Shown: in pieces, positions 40,648 to 51,058 of the stretch | Numbering within the stretch: position 1 is the first letter of the stretch | Layout: the number at the start of each line of letters is the position of its first letter | Source: Obrimoposthia wandeli | Lineage: Eukaryota | DNA length: 64,000 nt | Direction of reading: 5' to 3' | Assembly: GCA_977020255.1 (NCBI GenBank) | Contig: CDROCS010002735.1 | Coordinates: 62,001-126,000 of the forward strand | Position numbers and translations under genes: made by a program | The notes under the pieces: generated by a model | What the model saw: only the letters and a program-made list of their open reading frames with translations | What the model was told of the DNA's origin: nothing | The model's database searches: none

Positions 40648-41697
40648 TTATCCCCTAATAATTCGATAGCGAACCAGCAGCATGCTTATCAGCACCATAA
40701 GAATTGACACGGCAACCATCACATCTGCAATATAAGATGGTATGCCCATGCCTTGGCTCATCGAATCAGCGCCGACATAAATACCGGCAAAGAAAATGGC
40801 TGATGCGATAACTCCCAATGGATGCAGCATAGCTAACATAGCTACCGCAATACCTGCATAGCCAAAGCCTGGTGACATATCTAAGGTCAAATAACCTTTA
40901 AGCCCCGCTACTTCACTCACCCCTGCAATACCTGCCATGCCGCCACTTAAAAGTGCGGTAATTATCAGTGTTCTATGAATATTAATACCTGAAAATTTTG
41001 CCGCTTGTGGATTGAGGCCAACCGACCTTATTTCATAGCCCCATAAAGTGAATTTCATAAACACCCAGCAACCAATAGCGGCAACAAGCGCTAAGATAAA
41101 ACCTAGATGTAAACGTGCCCTTTCCATAATGGGCATTAACTGCCCTTCATCAATAATCGGCCGCCCTTGTGGCCAGCCCATCGACATAGGGTCTTGTATT
41201 GGCCCCTCTAACAGATAATTCACAAACAACAGTACGATAAAATTCAGTAGTAAGGTGACCACCACTTCATCAACGCGTAAGTAGTTTTTAAGCAGCGTGG
41301 GGATCAGTAACAATATTCCTGCTGCAAGCGCGCCAGTTATCACCAAAAAAGGAATCATCAGTACAGGGTGAAAAGTGACTAAACCTGAACCTAAAACCGT
41401 GGCAACAACTGCACCTACATAAAGCTGGCCTTCACCTCCTATATTCCAAAGTTTTGCTTTAAAGGCGATGGCGGCGGCTAAGCCGGTAAAAATAAGCGGC
41501 GTAGCACGGGTCAGTGTTTCAGATAATGCAAAAGAGCTTCCAAGCGCCCCGTTCACCAGTAAAGCATAGGACTCTAAAACCGGCTTGCCTGCCCATATAA
41601 TCAACAAGCTACATAACACTAGCGATATAAAAATAGCTAAAACGGGCGCAAGCCCTTGTGCCCACAAAGGCACATTTGTACGAACTTCTAAGCGCAT
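40648..41697 (-). CDS. Nucleoside/purine ABC permease
   Basis: WNIGGEGQ, DEVVVTLLLN and GFGYAGIAVA motifs. Confidence 0.92.
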   Translation of the reverse strand: MRLEVRTNVPLWAQGLAPVLAIFISLVLCSLLIIWAGKPVLESYALLVNGALGSSFALSETLTRATPLIFTGLAAAIAFKAKLWNIGGEGQLYVGAVVATVLGSGLVTFHPVLMIPFLVITGALAAGILLLIPTLLKNYLRVDEVVVTLLLNFIVLLFVNYLLEGPIQDPMSMGWPQGRPIIDEGQLMPIMERARLHLGFILALVAAIGCWVFMKFTLWGYEIRSVGLNPQAAKFSGINIHRTLIITALLSGGMAGIAGVSEVAGLKGYLTLDMSPGFGYAGIAVAMLAMLHPLGVIASAIFFAGIYVGADSMSQGMGIPSYIADVMVAVSILMVLISMLLVRYRIIRG

Positions 41698-43229
41698 ACC
41701 GCCTCCTTTGGCTTAGGTTTATTATTATTGTCGATAGATCCACCACTCATCAAGCTACCCAGTTGTGTTTTGCTAATCTCGTTTGCATTGTAAATAGGGC
41801 TAAGTTTGGAATGGCACATCACGGCTACTCGATCAGAAATACTCAACAATTCATCTAAATCTTCAGTAATCAAAATCACGCAAGCGCCTGAGCGCCTAGC
41901 TTCTAATAATCTTTCATGTACGTTGGCAATAGCGCCCACATCTAAGCCACGAATAGGCTGATTGGCGATAATTAAATCAGGGTTTTGCGATAGCACTCGC
42001 CCCAAAATTAGCTTTTGCATATTGCCACCAGACAACAATCGCGCTTCTTGATCAATTCCTTCACAGCGAATGTCATAGTCTTCAATTAATTCATTGGTAA
42101 ACTGCTTAGCTTTTTTAAAATCGATAAAACCAAAGCGGCTTATTTTGCGATAAATCTCACTCATGGCGTTTTCCCACAAGCTCATTTCCCCAATAACTCC
42201 TTCTCGTATGCGATCTTCAGGCACACGGGCTATTTGGTTATCAACAAAACTTGCCGCTGAAAAATAACTGATGCGATCGGCATTAAAATGCACTTCACCT
42301 GCATCAGGTTTGAGCATGCCGCACAATACATCGGCTAAAGCGCTTTGCCCATTTCCCGAAACGCCGGTAATGCCTAAAATTTCTGAGCGGCGTGCATTTA
42401 AATTGATACTCTCTAATCGTGCACTCGCTTTTGCGCTCTTAACGGATACATTGGCTAAGCTGAATATCTCTTCTCCCACTGGCAACTTTTCAGCCAAAGG
42501 CTGAGCTATCTCCTTACCTACCATTGATGAGCTAAGGCGCTGCTTATCCGCATCAGCGGTTTGCATTTCATCGACTAAAGCGCCGTGGCGCAATACTAGT
42601 ACCCGATTACTCACGGCCAAAATCTCATGCAATTTATGAGAGATGAAGATGATTGATAGCCCTTTCGCTACTAGTAAACGTAGCGTTTCAAATAAGCTTT
42701 CAGACTCTTGCGGGGTTAATACGGCGGTGGGTTCATCAAGAATCAGCACCTTCGCATCGCCATATAAAGCTTTGAGTATTTCAACTCGCTGCTTCTCCCC
42801 CACAGAAAGAGAACTCACCTTTGCATTAGGTGACACTTGAAGACCAAAGTCTTCTGACATCTTTAGAACTTTATTACAGGCAGAGACTTTATCCGTAGTC
42901 AAAGACCACAAACTTTCGCTGCCAAGCATAATATTTTCAATCACCGTTAAATTATCAGCCAAGGTAAAGTGTTGATGAACCATGCCAATACCCGCTTCAA
43001 TCGCGGCTTTAGGATCCCCTGCCTGTAAGGTTTTACCCATCACATCAACAGAGCCTTCTTCGGCCACATAGTGACCAAAGATGATATTCATCAACGTTGT
43101 TTTACCTGCACCGTTTTCACCTAACAGCGCAAGCACTTCTCCTTGTTGTAACTCAAAGGTAATATTATCGTTCGCAACAAATGTTCCAAAGCGTTTGGTC
43201 ACGCCTTTAATATGCAAAGCTGAGCTCAT
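41688..43229 (-). CDS. CUT2-type ABC ATPase (two NBDs)
   Basis: GENGAGKT, LSVGE..RVE, LSGGN and EDLDE motifs. Confidence 0.93.
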   Translation of the reverse strand: MSSALHIKGVTKRFGTFVANDNITFELQQGEVLALLGENGAGKTTLMNIIFGHYVAEEGSVDVMGKTLQAGDPKAAIEAGIGMVHQHFTLADNLTVIENIMLGSESLWSLTTDKVSACNKVLKMSEDFGLQVSPNAKVSSLSVGEKQRVEILKALYGDAKVLILDEPTAVLTPQESESLFETLRLLVAKGLSIIFISHKLHEILAVSNRVLVLRHGALVDEMQTADADKQRLSSSMVGKEIAQPLAEKLPVGEEIFSLANVSVKSAKASARLESINLNARRSEILGITGVSGNGQSALADVLCGMLKPDAGEVHFNADRISYFSAASFVDNQIARVPEDRIREGVIGEMSLWENAMSEIYRKISRFGFIDFKKAKQFTNELIEDYDIRCEGIDQEARLLSGGNMQKLILGRVLSQNPDLIIANQPIRGLDVGAIANVHERLLEARRSGACVILITEDLDELLSISDRVAVMCHSKLSPIYNANEISKTQLGSLMSGGSIDNNNKPKPKEAVCA

Positions 43230-43240
43230 AGCAACCTCCT

Positions 43241-44248
43241 TTAGAACGAAGACGCTGGTTTTTTATCGTTAATTTCAACGACGAATTCACCGGCAAGAAT
43301 AGCAGCAGATTTTGCACTCACTTGCGCTTTCATATCAGCGGAAACAACCGCTTCCATATCATGATATGGAGCAAGCGATGCGCCACCTTTAGCCATCATT
43401 GTCCATTCGCGATAATCTTCACCTTTAAAGGTTTTTTCTTTTACGCGCTTAACAGCATGTGCAATAGCGTTTTCCATGTTCCAAAGTGCAGAAGTTACCA
43501 CAACCCCTTCACCTTTCTCTTCAACGTTCATGTCGTTCACATTACCGAACGCCATAATGCCTTTTTCACGTGCTGCATCAACAACACCCGCGCGCTCTGC
43601 AAACAAAATATCCACGCCTGATTCTATCTGCGCAAAACTTGCTTCTTTAGCTTTTGGTGGATCATACCAAGAGCCGATAAAGTTAACCTTGAACTCTACT
43701 TCAGAATTAACTGACTTAGCGCCCGCCATAAAGGCATTAAACAAACGGTTCACTTCACCAATTGGATAACCACCTACCATACCGATTTTATTGGTTTTAG
43801 TGAGGGATCCCGCGATCATGCCCATCAAAAAGCAAGGTTCGTGAATGTAGTTATCAAAAACAGAGTAATTATCTAAATCAGCCTTGAAGGGATCGCCCAT
43901 TAAGAAAGCCACTTCAGGATAAGCCTTAGCCACTTTACGTGCTTCACGACCGATGCCAAATGCTTCCCCAACCACTAGATCAACACCGTTTTCAGCGTAT
44001 TGGCGCATGACACGCGCGTAATCTGCATTAGAAACTTTCTCGGAAAAGACGTATTCAATATCTCCGGCTTTTTGTGCTTTTAACAGCGCAGTATGCAAAC
44101 GCGCATCCCATTTTTGCTGAATAGGCTGCGTGTAAATACCCGCCACTTTTATAGTTTCAGCTGCCGCCACTGAAGCTGCGATAGGCGATAAAAGTGCCAC
44201 GCACATCACCGCTGTTTTTATAAATACGTTTTTTATAGTTTTTTTCAT
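43241..44248 (-). CDS. BMP/PnrA-family binding protein
   Basis: Signal peptide, GSWYDP and GVVVTSALW motifs; start MKKTIK. Confidence 0.9.
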   Translation of the reverse strand: MKKTIKNVFIKTAVMCVALLSPIAASVAAAETIKVAGIYTQPIQQKWDARLHTALLKAQKAGDIEYVFSEKVSNADYARVMRQYAENGVDLVVGEAFGIGREARKVAKAYPEVAFLMGDPFKADLDNYSVFDNYIHEPCFLMGMIAGSLTKTNKIGMVGGYPIGEVNRLFNAFMAGAKSVNSEVEFKVNFIGSWYDPPKAKEASFAQIESGVDILFAERAGVVDAAREKGIMAFGNVNDMNVEEKGEGVVVTSALWNMENAIAHAVKRVKEKTFKGEDYREWTMMAKGGASLAPYHDMEAVVSADMKAQVSAKSAAILAGEFVVEINDKKPASSF

Positions 44249-44342
44249 ATCCTCACCTTTTGTTTTTTGTCTTAAAATCAATTATTTGAATAACACTCTT
44301 AATATTCAATCTGTTTTCTAAAACGATACATCCTCCCTCTTG

Positions 44343-45626
44343 TTAAAAAAGCCCTTTTGAGAAATTAACCTGCTGCTCTTCATCATCATTGAGCGTTACA
44401 TAGTTTTCTTGCACGGGTGCTCTGGCAATCACTTTGCCACCTTTGATCACAAACAAGCGGTTAGCTTTTAATTGAATTGCTTCAATTGGGTTAGCAGCTT
44501 GCAAAATAACAAAATCGGCATTACAGCCAGGTTCTAGCCCATAGCCTTCAAGCCCCATTACCTTAGCGCCATTAACCGTTACCGCATCAAACGCTTGGCG
44601 CATGCCTTTCACGCTGGTCATTTGCGCAACATGTAGCCCCATATTCGCCACTTCTAACATGTCATGTGTGCCCATGCTGTACCATGGATCCATCACACAA
44701 TCATGACCAAAAGCTACGTTAATTCCTGCCTCTAACAGCTCAGGCACGCGCGTCATGCCGCGTCTTTTAGGGTAGCTATCATGGCGACCTTGTAAGGTAA
44801 TATTTATTAGCGGATTGGCAACCACATGCATATTTGATTCACGCATTAATGGGATCAACTTACTCACATAATAGTTATCCATTGAATGCATTGAGGTTAG
44901 GTGAGAGCCTGTAACACGCCCCTCTAGCCCCAACCGTTTTGTTTCACTGGTTAAGGTTTCGATATGTCTAGAGTGTGGATCATCACTTTCATCACAGTGC
45001 ATATCCACTCTTAAGCCCCGAGCTTGCGCAATTTCACACAGCTCACGTACTGATTTAGCCCCCTCATCCATAGTGCGCTCAAAGTGTGGAATACCCCCTA
45101 CCACATCCACGCCTTTATCCAGTGCACGCATTAAATTTTCCCGCGAGCGCTCGTATCTTAAAAAGCCATCTTGTGGAAACGCCACTAACTGCAAATCTAT
45201 ATAGGGCTTCATCTCTTCGCGCACTTCTAATAGTGCATCGACCGCCAATAAGCGATCATCACAAATATCAACATGGCTGCGAATAAACAACGTGCCACGC
45301 GCGATTGACCAGCGACACAATTCAAGAGCGCGTTGCTTGATCAATTCAACCGTAAGGTGCGGCTTTAGCTCGCCCCATAACTCAATTCCCTCCAGCAAAG
45401 TGCCGCTTTCATTCAGCCTAGGTTGGCCAAGGCTTAACGCTGCATCCATATGAAAATGGCTATCCACAAAAGGCGGTGAAACCAGATAGCCTTTCGCTTC
45501 TATTTCTTTAATCGCTTGTGCTTTAATTGCAGGCGCTATCTCAATAATTTTTCCATCTTTTATCGCAATATCAATCCCCTGACGTCCATCAGGTAAATTT
45601 GCATTGCGAATCAGCATATCAAACAT
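44343..45626 (-). CDS. codA: Cytosine deaminase-family amidohydrolase
   Basis: DSHFHMD, RSHVD, GGIPHFE, DMHCDE, GSHLTS and GHDCVMDPWY motifs. Confidence 0.88.
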   Translation of the reverse strand: MFDMLIRNANLPDGRQGIDIAIKDGKIIEIAPAIKAQAIKEIEAKGYLVSPPFVDSHFHMDAALSLGQPRLNESGTLLEGIELWGELKPHLTVELIKQRALELCRWSIARGTLFIRSHVDICDDRLLAVDALLEVREEMKPYIDLQLVAFPQDGFLRYERSRENLMRALDKGVDVVGGIPHFERTMDEGAKSVRELCEIAQARGLRVDMHCDESDDPHSRHIETLTSETKRLGLEGRVTGSHLTSMHSMDNYYVSKLIPLMRESNMHVVANPLINITLQGRHDSYPKRRGMTRVPELLEAGINVAFGHDCVMDPWYSMGTHDMLEVANMGLHVAQMTSVKGMRQAFDAVTVNGAKVMGLEGYGLEPGCNADFVILQAANPIEAIQLKANRLFVIKGGKVIARAPVQENYVTLNDDEEQQVNFSKGLF

Positions 45627-46404
45627 GCAGTACTCCGTTGCTTAAAATTTGTAGAAGTTAGAAGTGTAAATTTTGTGTACAAAAAGCTGTAATTATAAAT
45701 AGCTACAAAAAAATTGGGCGCTTGAATAATTACTATCTAATTAACTATGATTTTAAGAACAGCTATTTAAATAGTACTCAATAAGGAGGGTAGTAATTCA
45801 GATGATTACGAAACAGGAAAGCTTACTTTGCTGTTGGTTGTAAAGGTAAATAGATGGAAGGCACATTGAAAACATAGCTAAAAAGGAATTTTCAAGTAGT
45901 GCTTTACAAGCAGAGAAAACTGAATAACTTTTTGTTACAGGTACATCGACTGACAGTGACACGAATAATTTTTCAACTAGCTCTACCTTGTCGGTAAAAC
46001 ACTGCAGGCTTGCCTGACTAGCTGTTTGATTTTTCACGTTTCGACAATCCGTTTTTATTATTAATAATTTATATATCTTAACATCGTAAAAAACAGGCTT
46101 TTTAAAAAAAGCTGCATTGAAACTAGCAATTTTTTTCCTATAGGTCAATAATTTTTCTATAGATCTGCGAAAGTAAATGATAACCCTTTTTAGCAGACTC
46201 AATAGTCTTATCTCGTCGTTTAGCTAAAGTGCTAATCGCTAAAAGTGTTTTTTTGCTTTAGACCGAGCGCCATTGACGATGAGGTAATCCCTGCATGCAA
46301 CAAAAAATCGGGCTGATTAAATAACAAAACTATCATCAGATTCAAGGTCAATCAAAGAAATTAAAATTATTATTTTAAGAATTTTTTTGATTTAAAAGCT
46401 TAAA

Positions 46405-47001
46405 CTATTTTCGGCGTTTTTGATGTTCTTCTAAGCAATTTGCAACACATATCGCTGCATGAGCATCATTCGCTGCATACTCAATTTGATGGTTTTTCAA
46501 CGGATATGCACCCCAGTTAGATTTCTGAGCTCCTTTTGATAAACGCAGCCCAAGCATCATTGCCACCGCAGCTCTTGCTCCGATATCGCCTTTTTCACCG
46601 ACCAGTATCCTCAGATCTACCGCCAAATCTTGTGTGCTTGCAATTTCAATAGCAAGTTTTGTACGTAACTCTTTTTTGTCTCCTTTAAGACCGAACCCAA
46701 CCTTTTTAATATTTGCATCACTTAATATTGCTTTTGCCGCTGCAATTGCACAGGGAAATCTAGCGGGAAACAGAAATGCATGTTTCGGTGTTGATAGTTG
46801 AATAAGCGTTGGGCCGGCGCTCATCTCACCTTTGCGAAAGGTTGGCTTGCTCTCTGTATCAAACCCAAGCGAGATTTCACTAGCTAATACAGCCAATGCT
46901 TGAGCGGCATCTCTTTCGCATTCAACAATGGTGATTTGTGACAGTGCCAAACCAACGTACATAGGGAGTTCTCTAATTTGCTCTTTCGTAGGCCGCTGCA
47001 T
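46405..47001 (-). CDS. DEDDy 3'-5' exonuclease (WRN/RNase D-like, stand-alone)
   Basis: GFDTESKP, QDL, SNW and YAANDA motifs. Confidence 0.9.
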   Translation of the reverse strand: MQRPTKEQIRELPMYVGLALSQITIVECERDAAQALAVLASEISLGFDTESKPTFRKGEMSAGPTLIQLSTPKHAFLFPARFPCAIAAAKAILSDANIKKVGFGLKGDKKELRTKLAIEIASTQDLAVDLRILVGEKGDIGARAAVAMMLGLRLSKGAQKSNWGAYPLKNHQIEYAANDAHAAICVANCLEEHQKRRK

Positions 47002-47075
47002 ATGAGCTCTCTTAGTGCTTGGTTAAACTGTTTTAAAGCAAAAACGCTATCCGTTTTCTTTTACATACGAAGCTA

Positions 47076-48104
47076 TTAATTGCTAAAGCTTTTTAATAGC
47101 TCTGCATTAGTTGGGTATTCCTCTAGTAATTCAGACAGCCTTTTAGCCCCTTCTAAAGGTTTAAGCTCTGTTAGCTCTCTGCGCAAAGCATGGATGTTTT
47201 TGATTTCTTTTGAATTCAAAAGAAGTTCTTCACGGCGCGTGCTACTTTGAGCAACATCTAACGCTGGAAATATACGGTGACTTGCAATATCGCGCGATAA
47301 AACAATTTCCATGTTGCCGGTGCCTTTGAATTCCTCAAAGATTACTTGATCCATACGACTTCCAGTATCTACTAAAATGGTCGCTAGAATAGTCAGTGAA
47401 CCGCCATCTTCAATCTTTCTTGCGGCCCCGAATAGCTTACGCGGAATTTCTAAAGCTCTAGCGTCTAGCCCGCCTGAAATTGTACGGCCACTACTCTTTC
47501 GCTCTGCATTATGCACACGAGAAAGCCTTGTTAGAGAATCAATCACAATCATTACATCATGACCTTCGCCAGCTTGCTTGCGCGCTGCATCAAGTAGCTC
47601 ATTGGCCACACGAACGTGCTGTTCGTAGCTTGCATCTGAAGATGAAGCGTGTACACTTGCTGTTACGCTGCGTGTAAAGTCTGTTACTTCTTCTGGGCGT
47701 TCATCAATCAATAGCGCATACAGCTTGATATCAGGATAAGCTTTGCCTACCGATTGGCAAATATGTTTTAAAATAGTGGTTTTCCCGCATCCAGGTGGCG
47801 CAACAATTAAGCCTCGTTGACCCATACCGATTGGCGAAATCAAATCCATTGCGCGCACGCTAGGTTCTGTTGAACCTAATTCTAAGCGAATACATTGGGT
47901 AGGATTGATGGCAACGCCATTAGCAAAACGCTGGAGTGGATCATCAGATATATTTTGAGCAGCTTCATTTATCTGCTTAGTATCAGTGTTTCTTTTAGTC
48001 TTTAACGATAATGTTTTTTTAATCATGGTAGTGGTTATTGCTCTAGAAAAGTAGGTTTTCGACCTGTTAAGTCGTTCGTTTGCATCCATTAACTTTGTAT
48101 CCAT
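47076..48104 (-). CDS. Rho termination factor paralog lacking the N-terminal RNA-binding domain
   Basis: PIGMGQRGLIVAPPGCGKT, DERPEE, IDSLTRL, FKGTGNME and STRREE motifs; only 316-342 aa; alternative start MIKK at 48026. Confidence 0.88.
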   Translation of the reverse strand: MDTKLMDANERLNRSKTYFSRAITTTMIKKTLSLKTKRNTDTKQINEAAQNISDDPLQRFANGVAINPTQCIRLELGSTEPSVRAMDLISPIGMGQRGLIVAPPGCGKTTILKHICQSVGKAYPDIKLYALLIDERPEEVTDFTRSVTASVHASSSDASYEQHVRVANELLDAARKQAGEGHDVMIVIDSLTRLSRVHNAERKSSGRTISGGLDARALEIPRKLFGAARKIEDGGSLTILATILVDTGSRMDQVIFEEFKGTGNMEIVLSRDIASHRIFPALDVAQSSTRREELLLNSKEIKNIHALRRELTELKPLEGAKRLSELLEEYPTNAELLKSFSN

Positions 48105-48160
48105 AAGTTTTTATCTAAAATCAAGAATGCGGAAATGATTTGAATGAGCGCTATTAGACC

Positions 48161-48326
48161 CTAGCAGCCTGTCGGACTTAACACTAATCTACTGCGAAAA
48201 ATCAGAATTTGGCCATATTTCCCGCTCTTTTTCGTTAAATAGCTCGCTATTCGCCTCAAAAGACCAAGAAATCTCTCTCAAATCTACTTTTTCTCGCAAC
48301 ATCGGCCAAGCCCGACAGACTGCTAG
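48161..48326. mobile_element. MITE-like repeat family B, copy 2 (166 bp)
   Basis: CTAGCAGCCTGTCGGACTT ... AAGCCCGACAGACTGCTAG; CTAG at both ends. Confidence 0.8.
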
Positions 48327-48749
48327 TAAATTGAAGCCCTTTAAATATAAGCGTTCAAACGCTCAAAAGAGCTATATTTAGTTATAATCAAATCGGATTA
48401 GTGATGCATTCGCAGTAGATTTTGTTGATGGATGAAACCAGTTGATGCTTGAAATACACTGTTAAGCAATACAGTAGAAAGTAATTTTTCGATTGCTCGA
48501 AGATAGTAAGCTTAAGTTGCAGTGTACGATCAGTATAGTGTTCCAAGACAATAGAATTAGCCAGTGAAATACGCAAAAATACGCTAGAGTTTGCCTCTAA
48601 TCAATTAAAAGCCATATAAAGCGTCTAAAACTGGCTTAAAAATCAGCGCAATATCCTCATACAGAGATGGTATTAACCGCTACTTCCAGCTAAAATGCCT
48701 GCCCAATTATATCCTACTGTTTAACTCAAGAATTAGGTATCGCCCGTTT

Positions 48750-51047
48750 ATGAGCACTGCAACTCAAAAGATCGAATTATTAGCCCCTGGTGGCGATGTT
48801 GAAGCAATTAAAGCGGCGATTGTCGCCGGCGCCAATGCGGTGTATTGCGGCCTCGATACCTTTAATGCGCGTAATCGAGCCACCAACATATCTTTTGATG
48901 AGCTTACCGGTATTTTGCGCCTTGCTCATAAATACAATTGTGAAGTTTTCCTAACGCTTAACGTGGTAATTCTTGAACAGGAAATGGCGGGGTTATTTAA
49001 ACTACTCAACAAACTAGTTAATACCCGTATCGATGGCATTATCGTGCAGGACTTAGGTTTGTTTAACTTAGTCAAAAAGCATTTTCCATCACTTGATATT
49101 CACGCTTCTACTCAAATGACTACGCATAACCCAGGGCAAGTTTTATTTTTGAAGGCAGCTGGTGCATCTCGTATTAATTTATCGCGCGAGCTTAACCTAT
49201 CTGAAATCAAATCGTTAACAGCGCTAGCCCATGAGAACCAAGTATTAACCGAAGTGTTTGTGCATGGTTCTTTATGTATTGCCTTTTCAGGGCAATGTTA
49301 TTCAAGTTCAGTAAGTGTCGGTAATTCAGGCAACCGTGGTCGTTGTAGCCAAGCATGTCGTGACGAATACGAACCGACTAAAACGGGCAATAGATTTCCG
49401 CTAAACTTAAAAGATAACTCCGCCTATTTTGATTTGCCGCAACTGGTTGAAGCGGGCGTTGATTCGTTAAAAATTGAAGGTCGTATTAAAGGTGCTCACT
49501 ACGTTTATACGGTGGTTGATAGCTGGCGCCAAAACGTAAATCAGTTTATTGAAACCGGAAAATTAGCTGAAGATGATTCTAATTTACACAAAGTATTTAA
49601 CCGCGATTTCACCAACTCCTTTTTAACCGGTAATTTAAACAAGGATATGTTCATTGATAACCCGCGTGATCACAGTGCGATACATGCGGTTCAACAAAGT
49701 AATGCTATTTCTGTGGTGCAAGTCCAAGAAGTAACGCAAGAGCTTTACACTGAAAAACAAGCACTTGGCGCGACCCTTGAAGATAAAATTAAATACCTTA
49801 GTATTGCTAAACAAAACATTACTATCAAGTTTTCAGGCCAACTCGATCAGCCGTTAACAGTCACAGTAATCATTGAAGAGAATGCCAAAAATAGCCATGC
49901 GCCTATTATTGCAGCATCAGCTTCTACTATGATCAGCTCAGAAAAATCGCCAATCGATCAAGCGACATTAGAAAAACGTTTTAAAATCTTCAATAATTCA
50001 GACTATATCATTGAGCGTTTCGACTTTAGTGAGCTGAGCGATGGCTTAAGCATCCCCTTTAAAGAATTATCCGTTTTAAGAAACAAAGTGGCTTATCACT
50101 TAAACGATGATAACGATGTTATCGCCCCTGTTGATTTGCCAAAATTAGTGTCTCACCCAAAGCTTAAAAATAACCAGCCAAACAACAAACCGACTTTATC
50201 TATTTTAATCAGTGATGAAAAAGATTTTTATCTAGCCGATAAAACAGATGCTGATGTTTATTTTAAACTGCCTGAAAGCTATAAAAAAGAATCACCAAAA
50301 TACAGTGATATCCTTAACGCTAACCCTAAACTGATCCCTTGGTTTCCAGCGGTGTTAATTGGTAAGGATTATATAGAAGCGGTTAAAATTCTTGAACAAG
50401 TAAAGCCTAAGAGAATTGTTAGTAATAATACCGGTATTGCTTATGTGGCAAACCAAATGGGTATTGAATGGATTGCTGGGCCATTTTTAAACACCACTAA
50501 CTCCTATGCGCTAATGACGCTAAAAGAAGAGCTTAATTGTGCCGGCGCCTTTATTTCAAATGAAATAAACCATCTGCAAATTAAGAACCTTGCACGCCCT
50601 GAAAACTTCAAAATGGTGTACAGCATTTACCATCCTATATTGATGATGGTGAGCCGCCAGTGTTTCTTCCAACAAACGGTTGGCTGCAAGAAACCCACAA
50701 TCGAAGATGGCTGCATGCTTAAATGCACTAAAGCCACCACTATCACTAATGTGAAAGGTGTATCGTTTGCCGTCGATAAACAAAAAGGCGGCTACCCAAG
50801 TATTTACAACCATGAGCAATTCTTAAACCTTGATATCATTAGCGATTTAGAACATGTTTTTGATGAATTCTTTATTGATTTAACTGATATAGGCAGTGGC
50901 TCTAAAGAAGCATTAGATAAGTTGCAACTGCTTAAACACTTTGAAAACACACTCAGCACTGATAGCGAAATAACGATTGAAGCACAAGCTCAGCTCAACC
51001 ATATGATCACTATCAAAACCAATGCCCAGTACACTCAAGGGCTATAA
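48750..51047 (+). CDS. rlhA: Peptidase U32-family protein with long C-terminal extension (RlhA-like rRNA hydroxylase)
   Basis: ELLAPGG, HASTQM, CIAFSGQC, GRCSQACR and LKIEGR motifs; 765 aa. Confidence 0.7.
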   Translation: MSTATQKIELLAPGGDVEAIKAAIVAGANAVYCGLDTFNARNRATNISFDELTGILRLAHKYNCEVFLTLNVVILEQEMAGLFKLLNKLVNTRIDGIIVQDLGLFNLVKKHFPSLDIHASTQMTTHNPGQVLFLKAAGASRINLSRELNLSEIKSLTALAHENQVLTEVFVHGSLCIAFSGQCYSSSVSVGNSGNRGRCSQACRDEYEPTKTGNRFPLNLKDNSAYFDLPQLVEAGVDSLKIEGRIKGAHYVYTVVDSWRQNVNQFIETGKLAEDDSNLHKVFNRDFTNSFLTGNLNKDMFIDNPRDHSAIHAVQQSNAISVVQVQEVTQELYTEKQALGATLEDKIKYLSIAKQNITIKFSGQLDQPLTVTVIIEENAKNSHAPIIAASASTMISSEKSPIDQATLEKRFKIFNNSDYIIERFDFSELSDGLSIPFKELSVLRNKVAYHLNDDNDVIAPVDLPKLVSHPKLKNNQPNNKPTLSILISDEKDFYLADKTDADVYFKLPESYKKESPKYSDILNANPKLIPWFPAVLIGKDYIEAVKILEQVKPKRIVSNNTGIAYVANQMGIEWIAGPFLNTTNSYALMTLKEELNCAGAFISNEINHLQIKNLARPENFKMVYSIYHPILMMVSRQCFFQQTVGCKKPTIEDGCMLKCTKATTITNVKGVSFAVDKQKGGYPSIYNHEQFLNLDIISDLEHVFDEFFIDLTDIGSGSKEALDKLQLLKHFENTLSTDSEITIEAQAQLNHMITIKTNAQYTQGL

Positions 51048-51058
51048 GTGAGGCTACT

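Noticed and set aside
45798-46202. 134-aa TTG-start ORF, and a 13-codon + strand ORF (45802-45843) after AAGGAGG
   Set aside because: No recognisable domain; SD-to-start spacing of the mini-ORF is 12 nt; neither can be supported without Ribo-seq or homologs
48388-48576. 62-aa ORF upstream of the Rho paralog, tested as the missing Rho N-terminus
   Set aside because: No Rho N-terminal or OB motifs (e.g. GFGFLR, DIYVS) in the frames read
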